In this document: one piece after another, positions 17,631-25,813 of the stretch | Position numbering within the stretch: position 1 is the first letter of the stretch | How the letters are laid out: each line of letters begins with the position of its first letter | IMG/VR virus record: IMGVR_UViG_3300039008_000325 | Span: 49,372-113,371 of that record | From: a virus | Lineage: Duplodnaviria; Heunggongvirae; Uroviricota; Caudoviricetes | Direction: 5' to 3' (one strand) | DNA length: 64,000 nucleotides | Program-made: the position numbers and the translations under genes | The notes under the pieces: generated by a model | The model's input: the letters and a program-made list of their open reading frames with translations, nothing else | Told to the model about the DNA's origin: nothing | Database searches by the model: none

Positions 17631-17867
17631 ATGTTTTTTAAGAGTAGGAAAAGATTTAAAATAGGTACATATTACATTGATGAAAGAAGTAGATTAAGAA
17701 TACTTTGGTTAGATGAGATATGTGAGAAATCAATATTAAAGTTTAATTTTTGCAAATTTATGATGGATAATAAAATCATAACATCAAGTAGTGTAGTGTT
17801 ATTTGATAAGCAAACAAAATATACAGTAAAAGGTGATTGTATAGTAAATTATATACAATCAATATAA
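17631..17867 (+). CDS. hypothetical protein
   Basis: 78 aa, AAAGGGAGATAAAATG SD. Confidence 0.4.
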   Translation: MFFKSRKRFKIGTYYIDERSRLRILWLDEICEKSILKFNFCKFMMDNKIITSSSVVLFDKQTKYTVKGDCIVNYIQSI

Positions 17868-17872
17868 GTTGT

Positions 17873-17946
17873 TACCCCGTCGTCTAATGGTAAGACATGT
17901 GTTTTTGGTGCACATTATCGAGGTTCGAATCCTTGCGGGGTAACCA
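17873..17946 (+). tRNA. tRNA-Gln (UUG)
   Basis: acceptor TACCCCG/CGGGGTA, loop TTTTGGT. Confidence 0.75.
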
Positions 17947-17950
17947 ATTA

Positions 17951-18026
17951 GGGGCCTTAGCTCATCTGGGAGAGCGCTACATTTGCAATGTAGAGGTGGC
18001 GAGTTCGAGTCTCGCAGGCTCCACCA
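17951..18026 (+). tRNA. tRNA-Ala (UGC)
   Basis: acceptor GGGGCCT, anticodon stem CTACA/TGTAG, loop TTTGCAA. Confidence 0.8.
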
Positions 18027-18045
18027 AATTTGAAGGAGAGATAAT

Positions 18046-18291
18046 ATGGTACATCAAGCTCAATTAGTACCAAATATTAATAAAAAAGTTATTAAATTAT
18101 ATAGTCCAGATGGTGATGATGTAAATACAGTATTCTTAAGTTCAATACATGATGTAGTTGAACAACATTTAAAACATGTAGGTGATTTTTATTATGTTAA
18201 TTTTAAAAATAAAACACAAACAGAAGTAAATAAAGAATCATATGATTTAGTTAAAGAGTTATTATTTAAAGATTGTGAATACGTAAATTAA
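18046..18291 (+). CDS. hypothetical protein
   Basis: 81 aa, GAAGGAGAGATAATATG SD. Confidence 0.4.
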   Translation: MVHQAQLVPNINKKVIKLYSPDGDDVNTVFLSSIHDVVEQHLKHVGDFYYVNFKNKTQTEVNKESYDLVKELLFKDCEYVN

Positions 18292-18347
18292 GCAGGTGTA
18301 GTATAATGGCTATTATTACAGTCTTCCAAACTGAGGATAGGAGTTCG
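18292..18347 (+). pseudogene. 5' tRNA fragment (acceptor to mid T-loop, anticodon region CTTCCAAAC), truncated at promoter cassette
   Basis: GCAGGTG-TA-... AGGAGTTCG then CTAAAATTATAAATAATTATATAA; no matching 3' acceptor strand downstream. Confidence 0.45.
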
Positions 18348-18351
18348 CTAA

Positions 18352-18371
18352 AATTATAAATAATTATATAA
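18352..18371 (+). promoter_or_regulatory. late promoter cassette
   Basis: exact consensus 17 nt before ATG 18388. Confidence 0.65.
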
Positions 18372-18387
18372 TAGGAGTTATATAATT

Positions 18388-18957
18388 ATGAACTATAAAA
18401 GACTTTACAATGAAATAATAGAAAATAGAAAACAAAACCCAATTAAAGGCTATACTGAAAAACATCATATTATACCAAGAAGCCTAAATGGAACTGATGA
18501 GAAAGAAAACTTAGTTAATCTAACAGCTAGAGAACATTTCATTTGCCATTATTTACTAACTAAAATGTATGATAAAAGAACAAACAATCATTATAAATTA
18601 GTTTGTGCATTTAATATGATGAATATGAGTGGAGAATATCACACAAGGTATTTTAACAGTTATTTATATGAAGCAAATAAAATACAATTTTCTAAATTAC
18701 AAAGTAAAAACCAAAAAGGTCAAAAAAATTCTCAATTTGGTAAAATGTGGATTACTAATGGAAAAGATAATAAAAAAATTCGAAAAGATGAAATTATTCC
18801 TGAAGGTTTTAGAAAGGGTAGGGTCATACCTAAAGAAATAAAAGAAAAAATAAGAAAATCTATGAAAGGTGTTGGTGTTGGTCGTGTTCGAAGTGATAAA
18901 ACAAAAGCAAAAATAAGTCGAACATTGAAATTGAGACACAGATCAATAAATTTATAG
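18388..18957 (+). CDS. HNH homing endonuclease
   Basis: TEKHHIIPRSLNGTDEKENLVNLTAREHFICH; stop overlaps first nt of tRNA-Ser. Confidence 0.85.
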   Translation: MNYKRLYNEIIENRKQNPIKGYTEKHHIIPRSLNGTDEKENLVNLTAREHFICHYLLTKMYDKRTNNHYKLVCAFNMMNMSGEYHTRYFNSYLYEANKIQFSKLQSKNQKGQKNSQFGKMWITNGKDNKKIRKDEIIPEGFRKGRVIPKEIKEKIRKSMKGVGVGRVRSDKTKAKISRTLKLRHRSINL

Positions 18958-19044
18958 GAGCGATGTCTGAGTGGTTTAAGGTGCTTCCCTGCTAAGGAAG
19001 TGTAGTGAAAGCTACCGCAGGTTCGAATCCTGCTCGTTCCGCCA
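18957..19044 (+). tRNA. tRNA-Ser (GCU)
   Basis: type II tRNA, long variable arm, anticodon stem CTTCC/GGAAG, loop CTGCTAA. Confidence 0.75.
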
Positions 19045-19046
19045 TT

Positions 19047-19120
19047 GAGCTATTGTCCGAGTAGTTAGGTGATAGTCTGCAAAACTATTTACATTGGTGC
19101 AAATCCAATATAGCTCTCCA
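19047..19120 (+). tRNA. tRNA-Cys (GCA)
   Basis: acceptor GAGCTAT/ATAGCTC, stem ATAGT/ACTAT, loop CTGCAAA. Confidence 0.75.
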
Positions 19121-19137
19121 TAATTTAATACAGTTTA

Positions 19138-19225
19138 GCTGGGGTGGTGGAATTGGTATACACGCTAGTCTTAGGAACTAGTTTTCAGAAATGATTTATG
19201 GGTTCGAATCCCATCTCCAGCACCA
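19138..19225 (+). tRNA. tRNA-Leu (UAG)
   Basis: type II, anticodon stem CTAGT/ACTAG, loop CTTAGGA. Confidence 0.75.
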
Positions 19226-19277
19226 TAAACTATTGTTGAATTATGATAAAATTACATTTAAAATGTTAATACATTTA

Positions 19278-19362
19278 GGAAGAGAGGCGAGTGGTTAGCA
19301 AGTGCACTTGAAATGCATCAGAGGTCAAACTCCTGCAGGTTCGAATCCTGTCTCTTCCGCCA
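19278..19362 (+). tRNA. tRNA-Ser (UGA)
   Basis: type II, GGAAGAG... loop CTTGAAA, T-arm CAGG-TTCGAAT-CCTG. Confidence 0.75.
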
Positions 19363-19382
19363 TTATTTTAAGGAGAGTTAAA

Positions 19383-19757
19383 ATGAAAAAAAGATTAGGT
19401 TTCGTAAGTAATAGTTCAAGTAGTTCATTTGTAGTTTGGGGTATTCAATTAGATACTTGTGAAGATAAACTAAAAGAAAAATGTACTGAACAATTGTTCA
19501 AAAGATTATATGATGAACAAGAAGAATATATAAAAGAAGATTTAGTTGAAGAATTATATGATTGGACTGAAGATGATGGATTAGTTGCTAATGATGATGA
19601 ATCAGGCTATATCCAAATAGGTTTATATGCTGAAAAAATGAAAGATGATGAGACATTAAAACAATATAAAGAAAAAGTTCTTCAAAAATTAATAGAAAAA
19701 GGTATAAAAGCTAAATATGAAGATATCCATTGGATAGAAGAAGTTTCATATTGCTAA
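19383..19757 (+). CDS. small acidic protein, MKKRLGFVSNSSSSSF family member 1
   Basis: AAGGAGAGTTAAAATG SD immediately after tRNA-Ser. ORF-track N-terminal extension would overlap the tRNA. C-terminus rich in D/E. Confidence 0.6.
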   Translation: MKKRLGFVSNSSSSSFVVWGIQLDTCEDKLKEKCTEQLFKRLYDEQEEYIKEDLVEELYDWTEDDGLVANDDESGYIQIGLYAEKMKDDETLKQYKEKVLQKLIEKGIKAKYEDIHWIEEVSYC

Positions 19758-19759
19758 CA

Positions 19760-19836
19760 GGGGCATTAGCTCAGCTGGTTAGAGCGGTACGCTCATAACG
19801 TATAGGTCCCTGGTTCGAATCCAGGATGCCCCACCA
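19760..19836 (+). tRNA. tRNA with CAU anticodon (elongator Met or Ile2-lysidine type)
   Basis: acceptor GGGGCAT, loop CTCATAA. Confidence 0.7.
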
Positions 19837-19842
19837 AGTTAT

Positions 19843-19919
19843 GGTACTTTAGCTCAGTTGGTTAGAGCATTCGCTTCATACGTGAAAGGTCGTTGGTTCG
19901 AATCCAACAAGTACCACCA
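19843..19919 (+). tRNA. tRNA with CAU anticodon (second copy, Met/Ile2)
   Basis: acceptor GGTACTT/AAGTACC, loop TTCATAC. Confidence 0.7.
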
Positions 19920-19938
19920 TTTTAAAAGGAGAGTTAAA

Positions 19939-20364
19939 ATGAAAAAAAGATTAGGTTTTGTGAGCAATAGTAGCTCAAGTAGCTTTATTATAGGTATTGC
20001 TAAAGTTAAAGATAGAAAAAAATTAGAAGAAAAATATTCTGACATACTTAGTTGTTTAGATATTAGAACTATTCAATCTTTCGTTGATGAAAAATGGGGT
20101 GGTCTTTATGAACAAAGTGATAGATATATGCATGAATCATTTGACGGTACTGAAGTAACTATATCTAAAGATAATATTAATAAAGATGATCTTGTATTAG
20201 TGGTTGATGATTATGAAGATATTTACCCTGAAGATGATGATTGGGATATAGATTATGATAAAGATTATTATCATCCATATGAAGATAGAATTGATGAATT
20301 ATTATCAGATGATGAAGTAGTTGAACACGGTGAATTTGCTAAAGGTGCTGGTTACAACGGATAG
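19939..20364 (+). CDS. small acidic protein, MKKRLGFVSNSSSSSF family member 2
   Basis: identical SD-ATG context AAGGAGAGTTAAAATG; N-terminal 16 aa identical to member 1; C-terminus DDYEDIYPEDDDWDIDYDKDYYHPYEDRIDELLSDDE. Confidence 0.6.
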   Translation: MKKRLGFVSNSSSSSFIIGIAKVKDRKKLEEKYSDILSCLDIRTIQSFVDEKWGGLYEQSDRYMHESFDGTEVTISKDNINKDDLVLVVDDYEDIYPEDDDWDIDYDKDYYHPYEDRIDELLSDDEVVEHGEFAKGAGYNG

Positions 20365-20374
20365 GAGAGAAGTT

Positions 20375-20680
20375 ATGAAAAAAAGAAACGGTTTTGTAAG
20401 TAATAGTTCAAGTAGTAGTTTTATTTTATTTTTAGATAAAAATGAAAAGACTAAAAATAAACCACAATTCGATGGAGCACATCATTATATCTGGGAAAAA
20501 GATGATGATGGTAACTTTGAATGTGATAGTCAATACTATGTAGATATTAGAAATAAAATATCTAAAGCAAAAGAAGATAATAAACTTGTAATTGAATTTG
20601 AAACAGAAATGAATTCAGATTATGAAACAAGAGAATTATTAGACTTATTAGGTGTTGAATACATCTCATTAGATAATTAA
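20375..20680 (+). CDS. small acidic protein, MKKRLGFVSNSSSSSF family member 3
   Basis: MKKRNGFVSNSSSSSF, GGAGAGAAGTTATG SD, 4 nt after member 2 stop region. Confidence 0.55.
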   Translation: MKKRNGFVSNSSSSSFILFLDKNEKTKNKPQFDGAHHYIWEKDDDGNFECDSQYYVDIRNKISKAKEDNKLVIEFETEMNSDYETRELLDLLGVEYISLDN

Positions 20681-20687
20681 AGTTAAA

Positions 20688-20763
20688 GTCTATTAGCTCA
20701 GTTGGTTAGAGCGTACGTCTGATACACGTGAGGTCCCAAGTTCGAATCTTGGATAGACTACCA
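20688..20763 (+). tRNA. tRNA-Ile (GAU)
   Basis: acceptor GTCTATT/GGATAGAC, loop CTGATAC. Confidence 0.75.
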
Positions 20764-20770
20764 AAAATAT

Positions 20771-20857
20771 GCGTCGGTGGCTGAGCGGTCAAAGGCACCG
20801 GACTGTAAATCCGGCGGGATTATCCCTACCTAGGTTCGAATCCTAGCTGGCGCACCA
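20771..20857 (+). tRNA. tRNA-Tyr (GUA)
   Basis: type II, anticodon stem CCGGA/TCCGG, loop CTGTAAA. Confidence 0.75.
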
Positions 20858-20876
20858 AAATATCATAGAGGAGAGA

Positions 20877-21416
20877 TTGATGACTATTTTACTTAAACCG
20901 CAAGAAACATGGTTAGATTATCCAGATAATGAAAGTCTAGCTATAATAGTTTTCATGGTTGGTTGTGATAATAGATGTGTAAATTGTCAATCTCCTTTTA
21001 TGGCTGATGAAAGTAAATTAGATCTAGATAAAAAATGGCTAGATAGTAAAGAAGATTCGTTCGAATCAATTACCAATAAAATAAAAATAATATTAAATAG
21101 ATATCAAACCAATAAACTTGTTTTATCTGGTGGTGATCCTTTGTTCAAAGGAAATATCGAATTTACAAAGAAGTTATGTAAATATCTATCATTAGAAGGG
21201 ATAGATATTTGCATCTATACAGGTCACAGTATTGATTATGTAAAGAGAAATAAAGTAAAAGATTTTAAATTTGTTAAATGTGGTAAATATACACCTAGTT
21301 TAAAACAAGAATCTTTTAAAAGTGATGAAATAATGCAACTAGCTTCTTCTAATCAAAATTTTTATGATAGTGAATATAATATTATTTCAGATAAAGGATT
21401 TATAAGGTTTAAATAA
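20877..21416 (+). CDS. nrdG: anaerobic ribonucleotide reductase activating protein (radical SAM)
   Basis: CDNRCVNCQSP CxxxCxxC cluster near N-terminus, 179 aa, upstream of nrdD. Confidence 0.75.
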   Translation: MMTILLKPQETWLDYPDNESLAIIVFMVGCDNRCVNCQSPFMADESKLDLDKKWLDSKEDSFESITNKIKIILNRYQTNKLVLSGGDPLFKGNIEFTKKLCKYLSLEGIDICIYTGHSIDYVKRNKVKDFKFVKCGKYTPSLKQESFKSDEIMQLASSNQNFYDSEYNIISDKGFIRFK

Positions 21417-22102
21417 TGAAGATAACAGAAATTATTTTAAATTATATGCAATATTTAGAAAGTTATGAATATGCAAAAATTAACTATAGTGATGATATTG
21501 ATATAGTTAAGTTAGATAATGAAGGAAACACTTCAACAGTTAAAATTGATCATGTAAAAAATAGAGTTTATTTTAATGATGATTTTATATTATGGAGAAA
21601 AGAAGATTTAAATATATTTAAACATTATATAAGAAAAATGGATATATGCACTAACTATTTATGTTTCTTAGAAGATTATTTAGATCAAAAAGGTAAATTA
21701 TATATTGACACATTCACATTCAAACTAAGATACGTAATTGCATATGCTAGTGATGAAATGGATTATAATATAGTTGGTATTACTTCTGATAATAAAAGAT
21801 ATTTCGATTGTTTAGGTATTGAGATGGCTGAAATTAAAGATGAAAATATAATTAGAGCTTTTAAAGAACGTGTAGCTCGTAATGAAATATTTGACAATCA
21901 CGAAGAATATTCTGATATAGCAGAAAGAATTGAAAAAGAAAAAAATCCAATGATATTGGAAAATGAAATTATAGAAAATACATCAAAATATTTTAATAAA
22001 GCTATTCGTAGAAAAATATTAAAATTAGTTGATGATGAAACAATAACGCTTTTTAAGCACATACAACAAACTAAAATAGAAGGAAATAGTAATGAACACT
22101 AA
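21416..22102 (+). CDS. hypothetical protein inserted between nrdG and nrdD
   Basis: ATGA overlap with nrdG stop and 11-nt overlap with nrdD start; no recognised motif. Confidence 0.45.
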   Translation: MKITEIILNYMQYLESYEYAKINYSDDIDIVKLDNEGNTSTVKIDHVKNRVYFNDDFILWRKEDLNIFKHYIRKMDICTNYLCFLEDYLDQKGKLYIDTFTFKLRYVIAYASDEMDYNIVGITSDNKRYFDCLGIEMAEIKDENIIRAFKERVARNEIFDNHEEYSDIAERIEKEKNPMILENEIIENTSKYFNKAIRRKILKLVDDETITLFKHIQQTKIEGNSNEH

Positions 22103-24239
22103 ACCGATTAATGTTAATTATCCTGTGAATAGTGAAGTAAATGAACTATCAGAGGATATGATTAAAGATATAGAATCATTATCAAATGATATGTTTACAG
22201 ATGCTAGTACAGCTAGATCTATTAAAAATATCAAAAAAACTTTAGCAACATCTGTTAAGAAATATAATAAAGATTGGTCTAAAGAAGATATTAAAACAAG
22301 AGTTGATGAAATTCTTAAAATTCATGGTTTATCAGAATCTAATTTTGATTTCATGAAATCATTTGAAAAATTTACTAGTGAAAAATTGAACGATACATCT
22401 ATTGATGATAATTCTAATAAAAATGAAACAACAGTAGGTTCATTATTAGCTGAAACTACAAAATCAGTAAATAAAGTTTTAGGTTATGATTACTTATATA
22501 GAACAATGAAAGAACTGTATGGTAAGAAAGAAGCTAAAAGATTATCTGGTGAGATGTATGACTTTAGTTTAGGTCTATCTGATTCAAGTAATATTTTAAT
22601 ACCTTATTGCTGGGCAGGTGACTTCTCTAAGTTAGTTACTTCAGGTAGAGAATTTGGTGTATTACATTCTAAACCAGCTAAAAGAGTTAATTCATATGTA
22701 TCAATGTTAAATGAAACAATACATCAAATGTCACACCATTTAGCAGGTGCAATTGCTGTAGGTACATTCTTCTTAGATATAGCTCATTTATCAATTTATA
22801 AAGAAAGAATATCTTTAGAAGATTTAAAACATAATAAAGAAACAAGAAAATATTTTGAAAATAGTTTCCAACATTTTATTCACTCTGTTAATCATTTAAC
22901 TAGATCAGGTGGATCAGAATCTCCATTTACAAATGTTTCTGTATTTGATAGAGATAAATTAGTAGGTTTAGTTAGTGAAGATAATTATGGTTGGTACTTC
23001 CCTAAAAGACAAGGTGTATTTAATGACAATTGTAAAGATATTTTAAATGCAGATGAAAATTATACTAAAGAAAATCATCAAGAATTTATTTTAGATTATA
23101 TTGAAGAATTACAAAAAATATTTATTAATTTCTTTGATAAAGGTGATCCAACAAAAAATGGAATGAATTATAGATTCCCAGTTGTTACTGTTAACCTATC
23201 TAAATATGCTGATGAAGAAGGTAAATTAAATGTTAGAGATGATAATGAATTACTTAAATTTATCGTAACAAAAGATATTTCTAAATATAATATATTTAAT
23301 AGTGAAGGTACTAAAGTTTCATCTTGTTGTAGAATGATTAACTCAGAAGAAATGATGGATATGGCTAGTTCAGTTAATTCATTTGGTGGTTCATCAATTT
23401 CAATGGGATCACATAGAGTTGTTACAACAAACTTTGCTAGGTTATCATTATTATCAGATAATAAAGAAGAATATTTTAAGTTATTAGAACAAAGAGTTTC
23501 AGATTCAGCTAAAATATTAAAAGCTCATAAAATATTACTTTATAAATTAACTGGTATGAAATTAAATAGTTTTATTGATAACGGTTTCATTAATTTAAAT
23601 AGAATGTTTTCTACATTTGGTGTTATTGGAGTTGTTGAAGCAGATGAAATAGCTAAACAAAAGGGATTTGTTTCTAATGATGAAGATTTCCAAGGTGAAA
23701 TATTAATTAGATTTGAAGAATTAACTAAAAAATATTCTAGAGAATTTGAAATTATTTCTAACATTGAACAAATACCAGCTGAATCATTTGCAGTTAGATT
23801 AGTTAATACAGATAGATTAATATTTGGAGATACTAATTTACCTTATAAATTATATGCTAATCAATTTGTACCTCTTTGGAAAGATGCTTCAATATTTGAA
23901 AAACTAGAAGCTGATGGTAAATATAATCAATTATTATCAGGTGGTGGTATTGTTCATATTCAATGTAATGAAAACTTAACATCAAAACAAGCCACTAAAT
24001 TAATTAATAAAGCTTGTAGTGTAGGTTGTGAACATTTTGCAATTAATTGTGTTTACTCTCATTGTAAAAGTTGTGGTTATGTTGAAAAATCTAGGAATGA
24101 AAAATGTTCTAAATGTGAAGGACAAAATGAATTCTTAACAAGAGTGGTTGGTTTCTTTACACCAATTGATAGTTGGAATAAGACTAGAAGAGATTGGGAA
24201 TTTGAAAATAGAAACTTTACAACATTAAAAGATGTGTAA
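22092..24239 (+). CDS. nrdD: anaerobic (class III) ribonucleoside-triphosphate reductase
   Basis: C-terminal zinc ribbon CKSCGYVEKSRNEKCSKCEG followed by glycyl-radical region TRVVGFFTPIDSWNKTRRDWEFENRNF. Confidence 0.8.
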   Translation: MNTKPINVNYPVNSEVNELSEDMIKDIESLSNDMFTDASTARSIKNIKKTLATSVKKYNKDWSKEDIKTRVDEILKIHGLSESNFDFMKSFEKFTSEKLNDTSIDDNSNKNETTVGSLLAETTKSVNKVLGYDYLYRTMKELYGKKEAKRLSGEMYDFSLGLSDSSNILIPYCWAGDFSKLVTSGREFGVLHSKPAKRVNSYVSMLNETIHQMSHHLAGAIAVGTFFLDIAHLSIYKERISLEDLKHNKETRKYFENSFQHFIHSVNHLTRSGGSESPFTNVSVFDRDKLVGLVSEDNYGWYFPKRQGVFNDNCKDILNADENYTKENHQEFILDYIEELQKIFINFFDKGDPTKNGMNYRFPVVTVNLSKYADEEGKLNVRDDNELLKFIVTKDISKYNIFNSEGTKVSSCCRMINSEEMMDMASSVNSFGGSSISMGSHRVVTTNFARLSLLSDNKEEYFKLLEQRVSDSAKILKAHKILLYKLTGMKLNSFIDNGFINLNRMFSTFGVIGVVEADEIAKQKGFVSNDEDFQGEILIRFEELTKKYSREFEIISNIEQIPAESFAVRLVNTDRLIFGDTNLPYKLYANQFVPLWKDASIFEKLEADGKYNQLLSGGGIVHIQCNENLTSKQATKLINKACSVGCEHFAINCVYSHCKSCGYVEKSRNEKCSKCEGQNEFLTRVVGFFTPIDSWNKTRRDWEFENRNFTTLKDV

Positions 24240-24255
24240 AAATAATAATTTTTTA

Positions 24256-24285
24256 AAAGCATTAACTTAATTGTTAATGCTTTTT
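24256..24285. terminator. bidirectional intrinsic terminator
   Basis: AAAGCATTAAC-TTAATT-GTTAATGCTTT flanked by T/A runs on both strands. Confidence 0.65.
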
Positions 24286-24401
24286 ACCATTTGTAATTCT
24301 ATATTTGTTGCTTTTTTATAACCTTGTACAAAACCTAAAGCTTCAGCTTTATTACTAGTTTTATAGATTGGTGAGTTTTCTTTAAATACTATATATTTCA
24401 T
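24267..24401 (-). CDS. small hypothetical protein (44 aa)
   Basis: minus-strand ATG at 24401 with AAGGAGAATATAAAATG SD (rc); MKYIVFKENSPIYKTSNKAEALGFVQGYKKATNIELQMVKSINN. Confidence 0.3.
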   Translation of the reverse strand: MKYIVFKENSPIYKTSNKAEALGFVQGYKKATNIELQMVKSINN

Positions 24402-24481
24402 TTTATATTCTCCTTATTGTTTCTTTTAATATAATTATATTATAATATAATTATATTCTTAAATCAACTAAAAAAGTTAAA

Positions 24482-24501
24482 AATTATAAATAATTATATA
24501 A
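24482..24501 (+). promoter_or_regulatory. late promoter cassette
   Basis: exact consensus 26 nt before ATG 24527. Confidence 0.65.
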
Positions 24502-24526
24502 TTAAAGATAAAATAAGGAATTTATA

Positions 24527-25804
24527 ATGGGTACTACATTAGCTACATATAGAATTAATTCAGCTAAAAATTTTAATAAATCGTTTGATGCAACTTCAAA
24601 TGATAAAACATATGCATTCTTTGGTAAAACATTACCATTTGATAATGAAACTGATATACCTGTATATAGTGATAATAACATTTTTAGTAATGAAACTTGG
24701 AGAACAATGATTTCTTTTAAAAAGATTATTTCATCTGATGCTATTTTAGGTATACGTAATGTTTTATGGACTAATAATACAATATATGAACAATATGATG
24801 ATGCTGATTCAAATTTATCAACAAAAGATTTTTATGTTATGACATCAGCTTATAATGTTTACAAGTGTTTAAATAATAATGATAGATCACCATCTACAAT
24901 AACTCCTACTAGTACAACAACTGATAGAGTTACATTAGCAGATGGTTATACGTGGAAATATATGTATACATTAGATGCTGTTTTAGTTACAAAATTCTTA
25001 AATGATGATTTAATTCCAGTTAAGTTTTTAGAAATGGATGATGGTTCAAATCAATGGGATGTTCAAATCAATGCAATACCAGGTACATTAGATAGAGTAG
25101 ATATCGAAAAGAATGAAGGTACATTTACAAGTACTCCCGTTGTTAATATTACTGGAGATGGTACTGGTGCTACAGCAGTTGCACAATTAAATGGTAACGT
25201 ATTAGAAAAAATCGTTGTTACATCATTAGGTTCTGGTTATAGTTACATTAATGTAGTTATACCTGGTAGAGAAGATGATATTGAATTAAGAGGTATATTA
25301 TCACCAGCAAATGGACATGGAAGTAATGCTTCAGAAGAATTATTTGGATTTAATAGTATTATTAACTTTGATTTCGAAGGAGATGAAGGTGGTACTATTA
25401 TGACAGGTAATGATTATCGTAGTATTGGAATATTAAGAAATCCTTTTGCTTATGGAACTACTAATGTTATTGATGTTGATAGTGGTAATCAAACAACTAA
25501 ATTAACATGTACAACACCAGCTGTATTTGATTTAGATGAAACAGTTGTAGGTGGTACATCAGGAGCTAAAGGTGTTGTTGTATGGCAAGATGGTAATGAT
25601 GTTAATGTAAATAATTTAGAAGGTGAATTTACACCAGGTGAAACAATTACCGGTCAAGATAGTATTTTAAACAACACTATTAATACAATTACAGATGCTG
25701 AATTAGAAAGATTCACAGGTGAATTTCTTTATTCAGGATTTAGAGTACCGGTTGAACACGATAATACATCAACAGAAATTTATAAATTAAATATATTTAT
25801 GTAA
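24527..25804 (+). CDS. virion structural protein (baseplate/tail candidate) carrying GGTSGAKG repeat module
   Basis: late promoter; DETVVGGTSGAKGVVV...GEFTPGETITG resembles sheath insertion repeats. Confidence 0.5.
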   Translation: MGTTLATYRINSAKNFNKSFDATSNDKTYAFFGKTLPFDNETDIPVYSDNNIFSNETWRTMISFKKIISSDAILGIRNVLWTNNTIYEQYDDADSNLSTKDFYVMTSAYNVYKCLNNNDRSPSTITPTSTTTDRVTLADGYTWKYMYTLDAVLVTKFLNDDLIPVKFLEMDDGSNQWDVQINAIPGTLDRVDIEKNEGTFTSTPVVNITGDGTGATAVAQLNGNVLEKIVVTSLGSGYSYINVVIPGREDDIELRGILSPANGHGSNASEELFGFNSIINFDFEGDEGGTIMTGNDYRSIGILRNPFAYGTTNVIDVDSGNQTTKLTCTTPAVFDLDETVVGGTSGAKGVVVWQDGNDVNVNNLEGEFTPGETITGQDSILNNTINTITDAELERFTGEFLYSGFRVPVEHDNTSTEIYKLNIFM

Positions 25805-25813
25805 GGATTTACA

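Noticed and set aside
19302-20364. ORF-track N-terminal extensions of the MKKR-family genes (19302, 19858, 20321) and of 17008
   Set aside because: The extensions run through tRNA genes; internal ATGs with canonical AGGAG SD sequences give the conserved MKKR.. N-termini, so the shorter starts were used.
19383-20680. MKKR-family N-terminus as a T4-type capsid-targeting sequence cleaved by gp21
   Set aside because: No conserved (L/I)-x-E cleavage motif follows the shared leader; kept only as a hypothesis in findings, not as a feature call.
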